This document shows positions 1 through 10,196 of a stretch of DNA of 64,000 nt, one piece after another; position 1 is the stretch's first letter, and each line of letters begins with the position of its first letter. Under the pieces are notes generated by a model that saw nothing but the letters and a program-made list of their open reading frames with translations, was not told where the DNA came from and did no database searches. Made by a program: the position numbers and the translations under genes. The stretch lies in contig CATNEN010000012.1 of the NCBI GenBank assembly GCA_950097015.1, forward strand, positions 1,302,001-1,366,000, given 5' to 3'. This DNA is from Macrostomum hystrix (lineage: Eukaryota; Animalia; Platyhelminthes).

Positions 1-128
1 TTTGGCAATGTGGTATACGGCAAGCTCTAACACTATATATTGTAATCTTTGTTACTGAATTGTACTGTCCAGTGAATTATATGCAGCTTAACAATATTAA
101 TTAATTATTAACAAATACTTTTTAACAG

Positions 129-253
129 CTGCACTTCGCATCCGATTCGGCTCGTCGAGCATGTGGCCCCAGGCAAGACTGTCACTGAACCAAGCCTCAC
201 GTGACCGTCGGAAGAAGCGTCTGATGAACTCGAGTGCGCAGGCGGAAACTTAA
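129..253 (+). CDS. Last exon of a CACTA-type accessory (BEN-like) gene; rest lies upstream of window
   Basis: After acceptor ttaacag reads (A)ALRIRFGSSSMWPQARLSLNQASRDRRKKRLMNSSAQAET*, closely matching the last exon at 28317-28462 (ALRARFGSSSLWNQARLSLNQASRDRNRK). Confidence 0.75.
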
Positions 254-2652
254 AACTATAATTTTTCTATGAAGTGGGTGCGGGTTTTGCAATCCGATGA
301 CCTGTCCTCAAGAGAGAAAGGGAGCGTGGGGATGGCGATAGAGTTAGAAGTCGTACCGCAAAGCCTCGCGATTTATCGCGGGGAGAGGGATGAAGGGAGA
401 GATGAAGGGAGAGACAGTGGATGCAGGGAGTGGTCCTCTCGGCCTCAGGCTGGCCAGTCCCACTCAACCCATAGGCCACAGGCATGACTGCCGTGCCTAC
501 CCCAAGCAGTGCTCGAAACCGGCTAAAGTCTAAAGAGATATCGGACTACCCGCAAGCAGGTAGGACAGGGCTAGATAGCCTACTGTCATCAGTAGCATGT
601 ACATAACTGACTCCTAACAGTGGTAGCAGTGGTCGATTCGGCCCAGGCTCTTGTCTTAGAAATGCGGAAAGGCTATTGGCAAAGCGGAAAATGATCTAGG
701 GTAGCGCCACCACCCAATGCGCCTACGTTGCCACCGCAGACATTTGGGAACTTGGGTCCCCGGAGTTCACAGCTCCTAGTTTGTCACACAGATCTCAGAC
801 AAGCCGAAAAATAGGGCATTCTGTAACTTCCGTTTTAGACTAGGGCGAAGACCCCAGAATGGATCGAGACACGCCTCAACAGGGGATTCCTGAAACTGCG
901 CTACAGTGGTCTAGAAAGGTGGTACTCCGAACTCGAATGGGAAACCCATAGCCGGAATCCTACTCAGGAAACATCAGGCACATTCCCTACATTAGATTGC
1001 AGCCTACACATTAAATAACTAGCAAATCCGAATCTGTGTGAGATGAGGAAATCAGAGGCAGAAGCGATTAAGCAGAACACTGGCTGAGTGATTATGCAAG
1101 CGATAAATATTAGATCACGCCTCTCGCTCCCATGGCCGTAGTTGCGAGGGCGGGGAATAGAAGGAGAATTCAATTGACAAAGGAGTTTGACGCGTACACT
1201 GGAATCCGCCAGTGAGAGAGGAAAGCCGGCCAAGGAATTCCCCGCCCCTAAGCAGCAATGCACACGCTACATTCCGCATTTTACTCGCAAATCCCTAGCT
1301 CCTTTACTTTCATGCGCGCTCGCAGTTGTCCTCCTGCCGCAGCTTTCAGCTAGGCATCACCAGAGCCCACCCCCTAATGAGCTAGCCACTCATGGTCGAG
1401 GGCTGCCTAACGATAAAATAAAGGTGAAAAAGAGGCATAGCAAAAGGAATTAAGTTGTTATAAAATTAAGCCCAATAGGTTAAAAGTGCTTTAGATTAGA
1501 AAGTTTATTAGGCTAGACAGTTCCCTAGTTTCCCTCCCACTAATTGCCGCCTAACTTAAAGTGCTAGTCCCTTAGGAGTAATAATTATGCAACCGCTGCG
1601 CGGGTTACTTATCTGGATGCTGATTCGGCCGCGTGCTTCAATCCTGTAGCTCTCGGGGAAGGGGTAGGGCAAAACAGCAAGGCTGAGAGAGGGTAAACTG
1701 AAGTGAGCTGGCAGGGGCCAACACACGGGGAGCACAGTGGCTCAATTTAGAGCCCACCTAAAGAGGTGGCTTGCGATTAGAGGAAAGAAGACAGGCAAAG
1801 AGCCTGTGAGCACTTGCTTGAGCTTATAGCTCTGGGGTCTAAGCCCTGTGTGGATGTGGGGGAAGTGCCTTAGGTCCGGTGGGAGTCCGGCCCAGCAGGT
1901 AGGAGGGGGCGATAGGACGGTAAGGTCCGAAGGTAGGGTTGGAAGGGTAACGGTCCAAGGTAAAAGGTTCCCTAGGGGCAGCGCAGCGCGCTTCCTTAAA
2001 TAGTCTTGCAGCACGCCAACCCCGACATCCATCAAAATAACCCACATTCGCGCCAGCCTGTCATCGAGGAATTGAAGCGGCGATTGCCGCCCCGATTACC
2101 CAATGAACCAGCGGCGAGAAACGACAGATGCTCCTTCACGAGCAGCCGCCGACAGTCGGCCAATAATTGTTACTCCGCCAGGACAATGGGAAGCGCAGGC
2201 GCCGACCTGCCTACGGTGACATTTACACGTATCTAAGAGAGGAGGTCATAAAGTCGAGCTGGGCTCGAATACTGTAAAGAAGTGGGGACATGAAGAATTA
2301 ATGATCACTCGAGTGATTCCCAATATCTGATCGCGGTTTGGAGGGGAATTATGACCTAAACTACTCATACAATAAAAGCTATGGCCGCGATCAGTCATTC
2401 CTACAGGGGTCTAGACAGATCCAGGGAGAAGGGATTCGACGGCTACTTAATTCACCGCCGCCCAAAACCCGGCCCTAAGATTAATGATCTTGTTTGTGGC
2501 CAGCTGCTAGGTGGGTCGCGATTATTGATTGCTTAAAAATTTGAAAAATTCCGCTGGCTCACATTCCCACTCGATTCCCGCAGCACACTCCACATCATCT
2601 ACAACTTTTTTTATGCAGCTCGAAGTTATAAATTTTTTATGTGCAATAGCTA

Positions 2653-2965
2653 CACTAGTCGAACGATATTGCGAAAATATTGTAATAATTGCAATTTTCC
2701 TTGCAAATACAAAAATTATTGCACTTATTGTAATGTTGGTTGCAAGACGAATTGCAATTGATACAAGTAAGAAGTTAATCACAATTAAAATAAGAAATAA
2801 TGCTTTACCACGCAATCTACAGTGAATAATTATCGCATTCTGGTTGAAAGAGTGACTCTTCAGCCCTTTGCAATCGGTTTAGTGGCATAAGTTGTTAGTA
2901 TTTGCTTGTTATTATTATAAGTCCATATTGCAAGTAATTTGCAATTTTAATTGCAAGCAATTGTA
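2653..2965 (+). mobile_element. Left end of a CACTA element with TTGCAA subterminal repeats; element continues past the Gypsy insertion, right end not found
   Basis: TA|CACTAGTCGAACGA, the same terminus as at 18679, followed by dense TTGCAA/TTGCA motifs. Confidence 0.7.
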
Positions 2966-3058
2966 TTATTTGAATTAAGGATTAAGCTCCATGGAGCTCA
3001 AGTAGAGGCAAAGCATATATTTGTAGGATCCTGTTATTGTTGGTTTGATATAAATATG

Positions 3059-4036
3059 TGAGATAGATAGAATTTTATTAGTACCGTTTCAAACTTTGTG
3101 ATGTAAATAAATTTTGTTAACAAATTATATTACAAAATGTATTCTATTATTATACTAGGTACTTTTATTCTTCATATAGTAAATAGTATTTTCCTTTAAA
3201 AAAGAAATTAATTATAACATTTGTTTTACTCTTTCCCGCCACCTCAAATATTTCATATAAATAGAAGTGAATTTTATGTCTCAAAAATATACCTTTCTTT
3301 ACCTCGACTCGCTCGCTTCCTCTCTCGTATTTGGAGATCAAGCAAGAAAGCCAATTTAGCTAGTTTTCTAAAATTACATGACTTCGTGTTGATTCTTTAA
3401 GATTAGAACTGTGTTAGTTCTGGTCAAAGTTACGCTGTATAATAGTATTGAGCTGTATTAGTTCTATATTATTAACAGGGAGTAAACGTAGTGATCTAAA
3501 TAAGACGTATTGTCTTATTATTTAGTTTAAAATCAACGTATTGTTGATATAAATAAGAGGTATTGTCTTATTATTTAGGTTAAAATCAACGTATTGTTGA
3601 TATAAATAAGACGTATTGTCTTATTATTTAGGTTAAAATCAACGTATTGTTGATATAAATAAGACGTATTGTCTTATTATTTAGGCTAAAATCAACGTAC
3701 TGTTGATCTAAATAAGACGTATTGTCTTATTAATTAGGATATATCAACGTACTGTTGATATAAATAAGACGTACTGTCTTACTGTTTAGGGTGTGTTACC
3801 CTGGACAAATAAATAGAGTGAGATCATACGTAGTGTAAGGTCAGTCCTGATCGTAATTACCGGGCAACTTCAGTCCACCGCGTAAAGGCCCGGAAGACTG
3901 GAAATAGGATTTTAGGGAGTGCCTTACCGCTCGGGCACAGTCAGCTACCATAGTAACACGTCATTCACGTGATACTAAATAGACGAATATTAGAAACTAG
4001 GATAAATAATACCTCACACCAGAAACGGCTGCTACA
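3059..4036 (+). repeat. 5' LTR
   Basis: TGAGATAGAT...GGCTGCTACA; matches 11422-12399 with about 5 substitutions found by eye. Confidence 0.95.
3498..3783. repeat. 53-bp tandem repeat (about 5.4 copies) inside the LTR; copy at about 11861-12146
   Basis: Unit aaataagacgtattgtcttattatttaggttaaaatcaacgtattgttgatat. Confidence 0.9.
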
Positions 4037-4039
4037 ACT

Positions 4040-4052
4040 TGGTGGCAGCGGT
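4040..4052 (+). promoter_or_regulatory. Primer binding site, tRNA-Leu type
   Basis: TGGTGGCAGCGGT, 3 nt after the 5' LTR, complementary to the tRNA-Leu 3' end ...ACCGCTGCCACCA. Confidence 0.8.
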
Positions 4053-4102
4053 AAAGGATTGAAATCCGGTAAAACGCACGATCAGACTGGTAACAAATCA
4101 AA

Positions 4103-5026
4103 ATGGCTGGAATCAACGACGCCATCGGTCTATTAGCCGAAGAACTGCGAAACAGATTGGAATTAGGACCATTAAGACATGTAAAAATACAGAAATTCAC
4201 ACCCAGCCAAGACATAAGAATCTGGCTGACAGCTTTCGACCAAAGGTGCGACACGGAAGGAATCGATGAGGACCACCGAAAGCAAGAGTTACTGGCCAAT
4301 CTAGACCTATCAACTGCTTTCGCCGCCGTCCAAAGACTGAACCTACCGGAAGAACTCACTTATGAAGAGTTTAAGGAAAGTTTAATTGAAAGATTTGGAA
4401 GATTGGGAAACTCCAGCGAATTCAGGGAAGAGTTCAGAGGTCGGATGCAAGGTCGTAATGAACCTACCGACGCGTTTGCCGACGTCCTGATTGAACTTGC
4501 AACCCGAGCCTTTCCGAATATGAATGGTGAACAGAGAGAAGAGGAGGTAGTGGAGCAATTTATCAAGGGAGTCAGAATTCCAGCGGACACCCGTGAAAAG
4601 CTGATATTTGCCCAGCCCGCCAACCTCCAGGAAGCTCGTCGTATGTTGCGCAGGATCGAAGCAGCCTGGCATATGTCTCACAAGTCAAGCGGTGTCCGAG
4701 CTGTTAAGAATGAGGAGGATCGCCAGCTTGATAAATTTGATCTCATCATGAGAGAACAACAAATCGAGATTGAGAGACAAAAGCAGGTCATTCAAGAGCT
4801 GAAGCAGCGGATTGAGGAACAGCAGTCACAGCCACAACCGCTGATGAGTCAGCAATTTCAGCCCAGATATCCTGGAAACTCACAGTACCGACCCATGCAG
4901 GGACCGCATAACTATGCCAACAGCAGGGGCAGAGGTTGTGGTCAGCCCGGACCAATGAGAGCTGGACATCAGTACAGTGTGAGCCGTCCACCCCAGTCCC
5001 ACCGGAACCCGGCCTCGGGAAACTGA
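4103..5026 (+). CDS. gag: Gag (307 aa; no CCHC knuckle visible)
   Basis: ORF right after PBS; capsid-like motifs (WLTAFDQRC, FRGRMQGRNEPTDAFADVLIELATRAFP, QFIKG), coiled coil, Q/G/R-rich tail. Confidence 0.9.
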   Translation: MAGINDAIGLLAEELRNRLELGPLRHVKIQKFTPSQDIRIWLTAFDQRCDTEGIDEDHRKQELLANLDLSTAFAAVQRLNLPEELTYEEFKESLIERFGRLGNSSEFREEFRGRMQGRNEPTDAFADVLIELATRAFPNMNGEQREEEVVEQFIKGVRIPADTREKLIFAQPANLQEARRMLRRIEAAWHMSHKSSGVRAVKNEEDRQLDKFDLIMREQQIEIERQKQVIQELKQRIEEQQSQPQPLMSQQFQPRYPGNSQYRPMQGPHNYANSRGRGCGQPGPMRAGHQYSVSRPPQSHRNPASGN

Positions 5027-8000
5027 GTGCCGAGGTGCGGATGAGGCCACGCCCCTCCAGTCAAGTCCCAGCGAACGTTCAGGCCTCCCAGTTCCGAATT
5101 CCGTCCCAGTACAAGTTTTGCTATCCTCGCAAAACGGTACCTGTCTGGAAGGCGTGTAAAAACAATGCGATCACACATCATGTGATTCCAACATCACCAA
5201 ATGCGTTTGCGTTACTAGTACCCAATGCGTCAGCACCCAATGCGTCAGCACCCAATGCGTCAGCACCCAATGCGTCAGCACCCAATGCGTCAGCACCCAA
5301 AGCGTCAGCACCCAATGCGTCAGCACCCAATGCGTCAGCACCCAATGCGTCAGTACCCAATGCGTCAGCACCCAATGCGTCAGCACCCAATGCGTCAGCA
5401 CCCAATGCGTCAGCACCCATTTCTTCAGCCCCCAATGAATGCGTTTTTCCCAAGAATAAGAGAGAGCCCCGCAAAGCAAAGATGGCGGCAACAGCCAAGA
5501 AGTCTGTCCCCACAGCCAAAGTGGAGCTGACCAAGCTGAATGGTTATGAAGCAGTTATCACTGGAAGTGTCAAGAATCAGTCCGTAGACTTTCTACTAGA
5601 CACTGGAGCTAGGAACAATTTCCTCAGCAAATCGACATGGTCAACAATTTTCAAACCAGACCAAATTCAAGAGACAAACAAGAGAGTGTCCACATTTGAT
5701 GGTACTCAGGTACAACTAGAAGGAGAAGTAACAACTAAAATGAGATGTGGCGACATCGAGCTGGAAGTAGAATTCTTGCTTTGTCAGCATGACTGTGACG
5801 ACATTTTGGGAATGGAGTTCTTTCTTAGTCACTGTGAAAGCATCCACCTTGCTAAGGGCATGTTGGTACTGAAGAGAGGTACCTGTGTTCCTATGAAGTA
5901 CACTCGCCTGCCAGTTCGAGTTTGCCGGGTATATACCCAAGAGAGAGTTGTAATTCCGGCTAATAGTGCACTCAGAATTCCAGTGAAGCTCGCCAGAAAC
6001 AGTGAAGCCAACTATGGTACTCCTATGACCATCGAGACTATTGGAGATGGAGTGAGAACTAAAGAAGTAACTCTGGAAATGGCACCGACTCTGGTCACGA
6101 TGCAAGAAGGAGTTGGGATCGTTGAGATCGTAAATCAACATGCAGTCGATGTCACCCTGTCGAAGTCAGCACTAGTAGGATTGGCGAAACCCATGAAAGT
6201 GCAAGAACTTACTTATTGGCAGCAGTCTATAGAATCAGAAAGTCAACCTACCGGACGTGTGAATCAGACTCTAACCACAGAGGACGAGTGGATCAATGAA
6301 ATAAACATTGGCCCCGAATTGGATGAAAAACAGCGGAAAGCTGTGATCGAATTTATAAAAGAACACAGAGAAGCATTTTCACAGGATGAATTGGACATGG
6401 GTTTGACTAATCTTGTTACCCATGAGATTTTACTTAATGATAAGACGCCAGTAAGAATCCCAACTCGCCGGATTCCGCCTCATCTGCAAAAGCAAGTAGA
6501 CGCGCAACTGGACGACATGTTAGCTAAAAACTTAATTAGGCCGTGTTATTCGCCATATTCAACACCTTTAGTGATTGTACCAAAGAAGGATGGGACAATT
6601 AGAATTGTGAGTGACTTCCGAGTGCTCAATTCTCGAGTCAACTATGTGCCATACCCATTGCCAAATATTCAGGAAACATTTTCACATCTGACAGGCAGCG
6701 AGTATTTCAGCAGCCTGGATCTAAACTCAGGATATTGGCAGGTACCAATCAAAGAAGAACATAAATACATGACGGCATTTTCAACGCTAAACAGAGGACA
6801 ATTTGAGTATGAAGTAATGGCGCAAGGGCTATCGAATGCCCCAGGGACATTTCAAAGGTTGATGAATTTAGTACTATTAGGAATTCAACATAAGTTCGCC
6901 ATGTCTTATATAGACGACATAGTAACCTATTCCAAACAGTTTGAAGAACACCTAGAACATCTGAAAGAAGTATTTAAAAGATTAATTACAGCAGGATTGA
7001 AACTGAGGGCAAAGAAGTGCAACTTATTTCACCATGAGTTAAAGTACTTAGGGCACGTTATCGGAAGAGATGGCCTTCGTACTGATGAGGCCAAGATAGA
7101 AGCAATTAGAACATGGCCGAAGCCCAAAGATGTAAAAGAACTGCGTAGCTTTCTTGGTCTATGCAATTACTATTGCCGCTTTGTAAAGAATTACGCTGAA
7201 GCAGCTCATCCACTTTTCCAGCTGACCCGAAAAGGTGTCCAGCAATTCCAGTCTAAATGGAATGAAGTGCATGACCAAGCGTTTGAGTCTCTGAAACAAC
7301 GAATGATGTCCACAGAAGTCCTAGCATACCCTGAATTTGTCGACGATGAAAAAGTGAGGATGGTCTTAGACACTGATGCCAGCGATGGACGCATTGGAGC
7401 CTGCCTTGGCCAAATCCAATCAGACGGCATAGAAAGACCAATTGCTTATTTTAGTCGTGCGATGAAAGAGTCAGAGAAACGTTACCCCATTACCCGGAAA
7501 GAACTATTAGCCCTTGTCGATGCAATGAAGCACTTCAGGTTTTACCTGATTGGAAAACGATTTTTGGCCCGAACAGATCATAAAGCGATCCTTTGGCTAT
7601 TGAAACAGACGGAAGCAACAGGGATTCTTGGTCGTTGGGTGGAGCGCCTAAGTGAATTCCAGTTCGATCTTGAACATAGAAGCGGCGCAAAGCACTCCAA
7701 CGCGGACAGTCTGTCCAGAAGACCAGCTGAAACTGTGGAAGTAGGCCAAGAGGAAAGTCAAGGAGAGACCCCAGCGACAGCCCCACCGACAGTCGAGAAA
7801 GATAACCCGGCCCAAGCTGTCAAGAGTGAAAGTGTGGAACAACTTAACAAAGATGGAGAGACCCAGGCTCCGCATCCCATTGCAAGGATCGAGTCAATTG
7901 TCTCCGGTAATGAAGGTGAAATGAGCGATCAGGAGGCCTCGAATGACTTATGTGTACTACAGCCGAGTCTGCCAAACGATCAATCAAATCACAAATCAGC

Positions 8001-9642
8001 CACACCTAACTCAGAGAATTTCAAATGTGAAACCCTACTGACCGATTTCCTACCCGTTCCCCTGAAGCGAGAACAGATTCTGGAAGCCCAAGGAGCTGAC
8101 CCAGTAATCTCAAAGCTGATTGAGTGGAAGACTGAAGGTCTGACACACCTCCCCATCACACGTAATGTGTCCCCCGAGTTAAAGAAAATGAGTAAGAAGT
8201 TCGACGCCATGAAGATTGACCGTGATATATTGCTCATCGAGGAAGATGAAAAGTGGAAAGTAGTATTGCCATCATCGCTGGATAAGCAAGTACTAAGTGA
8301 TTTACACAGCAGCCCGTTAGCCGGACATCTCGGAAGAGATAAGACAACCCAGAGAGTCCGCGAAAGATTCTGGAGACCAGGCTTAAGTACTGCTGTCGAA
8401 AAGTACATCGCCGAATGCATTCCGTGTCTGGAAAGCAAAACCAGCAACTACATCCAGGCACCGATTCAATCCTTTCCCATCAGCGAGCCCTTCTATCGCT
8501 GTCATGTAGACATTATCGGTCCTTTGTCAAAAGAAAGTAAAAGAGGACATAAGTATGTACTGACTGTGGTAGACAGTACAACACGTTACCCCTTTGCTTT
8601 TCCGATCAGGAATCAGAAAACGGACACCGTAATCAAAATATTGCAAGAACGAATATTCTCCGAGTATGGCCAATGCCATTGGATACATACTGATAACGGA
8701 AAGACTTTTAGCAGCAAACAATTTAAGGCATTCTGCAACCTTTACAACTTGAAACACACATGCACCACGCCGTATCATGCGCAGAGCAATGGTCTTGTGG
8801 AAAGGTTTAATAAGCAGATCAAGTCCATTATTACTTGTTTGATCGAGAAAGATCACAGTAACTGGGATTTGATGATTCCTGCCGCCCTAGTTGCTGTCCG
8901 CACTAGTGTCAACAAAACAACTGGTTTTACACCCCACTTCCTGTTGTTTGGCAGAGAAGCTGTAATGCCGTTAGACAGCCAAATCAAAGAAGCAGTCGAA
9001 CATGCCGATTATCCATCATACATCGCCAAACATGCTGAAAGATTAGTCGAAGCTCAGGAGATTGTGAAGAGAAAACTAGAAGGAGTAGTCAGCAAAAGGC
9101 AGATAGCAGCAGAAATTAATAAACCACCGAAAGAAGTTCCCATCGGATGCCTAGTATTAATTAATAACCCACAACTGAACAGTGAAGAATCACACAAGTT
9201 TCATCGGAAGAAAAGATCCGCCTTTCGAGTGCTCAACAAGATTTCAGAGGTAGTTTTCCGAGTGCAGAAAGAAGAGAATGGAATTCGCAGTGGCAACGTA
9301 ATGTTGGTCCACCGAGACAACTTAATGCCCATTCCTAACTCAACTGCAGAAGTAACAAATAAGGGAAGCCAGGAGGGCCCCTCAGCCAGCAAGAAAGGAC
9401 AGAAAATTAAGGGAAGCCACCCCAGAGCACAGAAACAAATAATTTACATTGAATCGGAAGAATCATCATCGGAGGATGAAATTAATTGGCATTGCGATAT
9501 CCGCAGCGAAGCCACCGAAGAAATAAATGAAGAAACAGAGGAATCCGCGATTGAAGAAGAATCTGGAGAGACGGACAATGAAGAAGAGCTTATTAACGAA
9601 GAAGACATCGAAGTTGGAGCTGAAATAGAAGTAGGAGAATAA
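4936..9642 (+). CDS. pol: Pol polyprotein (protease, RT, RNase H, integrase), expressed by frameshift from about 5020
   Basis: LLDTGA protease; SLDLNSGYWQ and YIDDI RT; LDTDASD RNase H; H-x5-H...C-x2-C, HVDIIGP, TDNG, SNGLVERFN integrase. Confidence 0.97.
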   Translation: MWSARTNESWTSVQCEPSTPVPPEPGLGKLSAEVRMRPRPSSQVPANVQASQFRIPSQYKFCYPRKTVPVWKACKNNAITHHVIPTSPNAFALLVPNASAPNASAPNASAPNASAPNASAPKASAPNASAPNASAPNASVPNASAPNASAPNASAPNASAPISSAPNECVFPKNKREPRKAKMAATAKKSVPTAKVELTKLNGYEAVITGSVKNQSVDFLLDTGARNNFLSKSTWSTIFKPDQIQETNKRVSTFDGTQVQLEGEVTTKMRCGDIELEVEFLLCQHDCDDILGMEFFLSHCESIHLAKGMLVLKRGTCVPMKYTRLPVRVCRVYTQERVVIPANSALRIPVKLARNSEANYGTPMTIETIGDGVRTKEVTLEMAPTLVTMQEGVGIVEIVNQHAVDVTLSKSALVGLAKPMKVQELTYWQQSIESESQPTGRVNQTLTTEDEWINEINIGPELDEKQRKAVIEFIKEHREAFSQDELDMGLTNLVTHEILLNDKTPVRIPTRRIPPHLQKQVDAQLDDMLAKNLIRPCYSPYSTPLVIVPKKDGTIRIVSDFRVLNSRVNYVPYPLPNIQETFSHLTGSEYFSSLDLNSGYWQVPIKEEHKYMTAFSTLNRGQFEYEVMAQGLSNAPGTFQRLMNLVLLGIQHKFAMSYIDDIVTYSKQFEEHLEHLKEVFKRLITAGLKLRAKKCNLFHHELKYLGHVIGRDGLRTDEAKIEAIRTWPKPKDVKELRSFLGLCNYYCRFVKNYAEAAHPLFQLTRKGVQQFQSKWNEVHDQAFESLKQRMMSTEVLAYPEFVDDEKVRMVLDTDASDGRIGACLGQIQSDGIERPIAYFSRAMKESEKRYPITRKELLALVDAMKHFRFYLIGKRFLARTDHKAILWLLKQTEATGILGRWVERLSEFQFDLEHRSGAKHSNADSLSRRPAETVEVGQEESQGETPATAPPTVEKDNPAQAVKSESVEQLNKDGETQAPHPIARIESIVSGNEGEMSDQEASNDLCVLQPSLPNDQSNHKSATPNSENFKCETLLTDFLPVPLKREQILEAQGADPVISKLIEWKTEGLTHLPITRNVSPELKKMSKKFDAMKIDRDILLIEEDEKWKVVLPSSLDKQVLSDLHSSPLAGHLGRDKTTQRVRERFWRPGLSTAVEKYIAECIPCLESKTSNYIQAPIQSFPISEPFYRCHVDIIGPLSKESKRGHKYVLTVVDSTTRYPFAFPIRNQKTDTVIKILQERIFSEYGQCHWIHTDNGKTFSSKQFKAFCNLYNLKHTCTTPYHAQSNGLVERFNKQIKSIITCLIEKDHSNWDLMIPAALVAVRTSVNKTTGFTPHFLLFGREAVMPLDSQIKEAVEHADYPSYIAKHAERLVEAQEIVKRKLEGVVSKRQIAAEINKPPKEVPIGCLVLINNPQLNSEESHKFHRKKRSAFRVLNKISEVVFRVQKEENGIRSGNVMLVHRDNLMPIPNSTAEVTNKGSQEGPSASKKGQKIKGSHPRAQKQIIYIESEESSSEDEINWHCDIRSEATEEINEETEESAIEEESGETDNEEELINEEDIEVGAEIEVGE
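5017..5023 (+). promoter_or_regulatory. -1 ribosomal frameshift slippery site G GGA AAC
   Basis: X XXY YYZ heptamer directly before the gag stop TGA (5024-5026); pol is in the -1 frame. Confidence 0.8.
5221..5415 (+). repeat. 15-bp coding tandem repeat, 13 copies, (PNASA)n in the pol frame before the protease
   Basis: cccaatgcgtcagca x13 with two point variants. Confidence 0.95.
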
Positions 9643-10004
9643 TTATCTAGTGAAATTGAGCCGGCAGTGATTGCAGAGGCTGAGTCAGACAATGCCAAGA
9701 TTGAAAGAGAGGATGGAATGATCGATAAGGAGCCAGCACACACAGAACAAGAAAGAGAGGCCGCCCACCCCACTCCACGATATAATTTACGACAACAACC
9801 AAGGGGTACGGCACAGTGTGGTTGTCACCTAAAGAGGTTGTTGTCCACTCTCACCTTCCTAGGGAGCATTAAAATTTAAGCTAAACAAAGAAAGAAGGGG
9901 TCTATGTACACAAGGGAGAGAAAGAGAAGGGGTTGGTGCAACCAATGGAAGGCCCGGAGGCTATGAAAGGAAGGAAACTATTACGTAACCCCTCTCCAGA
10001 ACTC

Positions 10005-10196
10005 TATATAAACAGAGCCCCTGTGGCGTAAAGAAGTTAATTGTTTTCTCGTATTGAGAATTCTTAAAGCTCCTCAATTCGTACTGAATTTTGAAGCGAC
10101 CAGCAAATCACACTCTCGTATTGAGAATTCTTAAAGCTCCTCAATTCGTACTGAATTTTGAAGCGACCAGCAAATCACATCAATCTCGTATTGAGA
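10005..10196 (+). promoter_or_regulatory. Putative internal promoter/leader for ORF3: TATA box plus 67-bp direct repeat (about 2.2 copies)
   Basis: TATATAAA at 10005-10012; tctcgtattgagaa... units start at 10047, 10114 and 10184. Confidence 0.45.

Noticed and set aside
5221-5415. NAS triplets as N-glycosylation sites
   Set aside because: Gag-Pol is cytoplasmic with no signal peptide, so the sequons are probably incidental.
5171-5534. Alternative-frame and antisense ORFs (VLTHW, ADALG, RQHPM repeats)
   Set aside because: Stop-free shadows of the 15-bp repeat inside pol.
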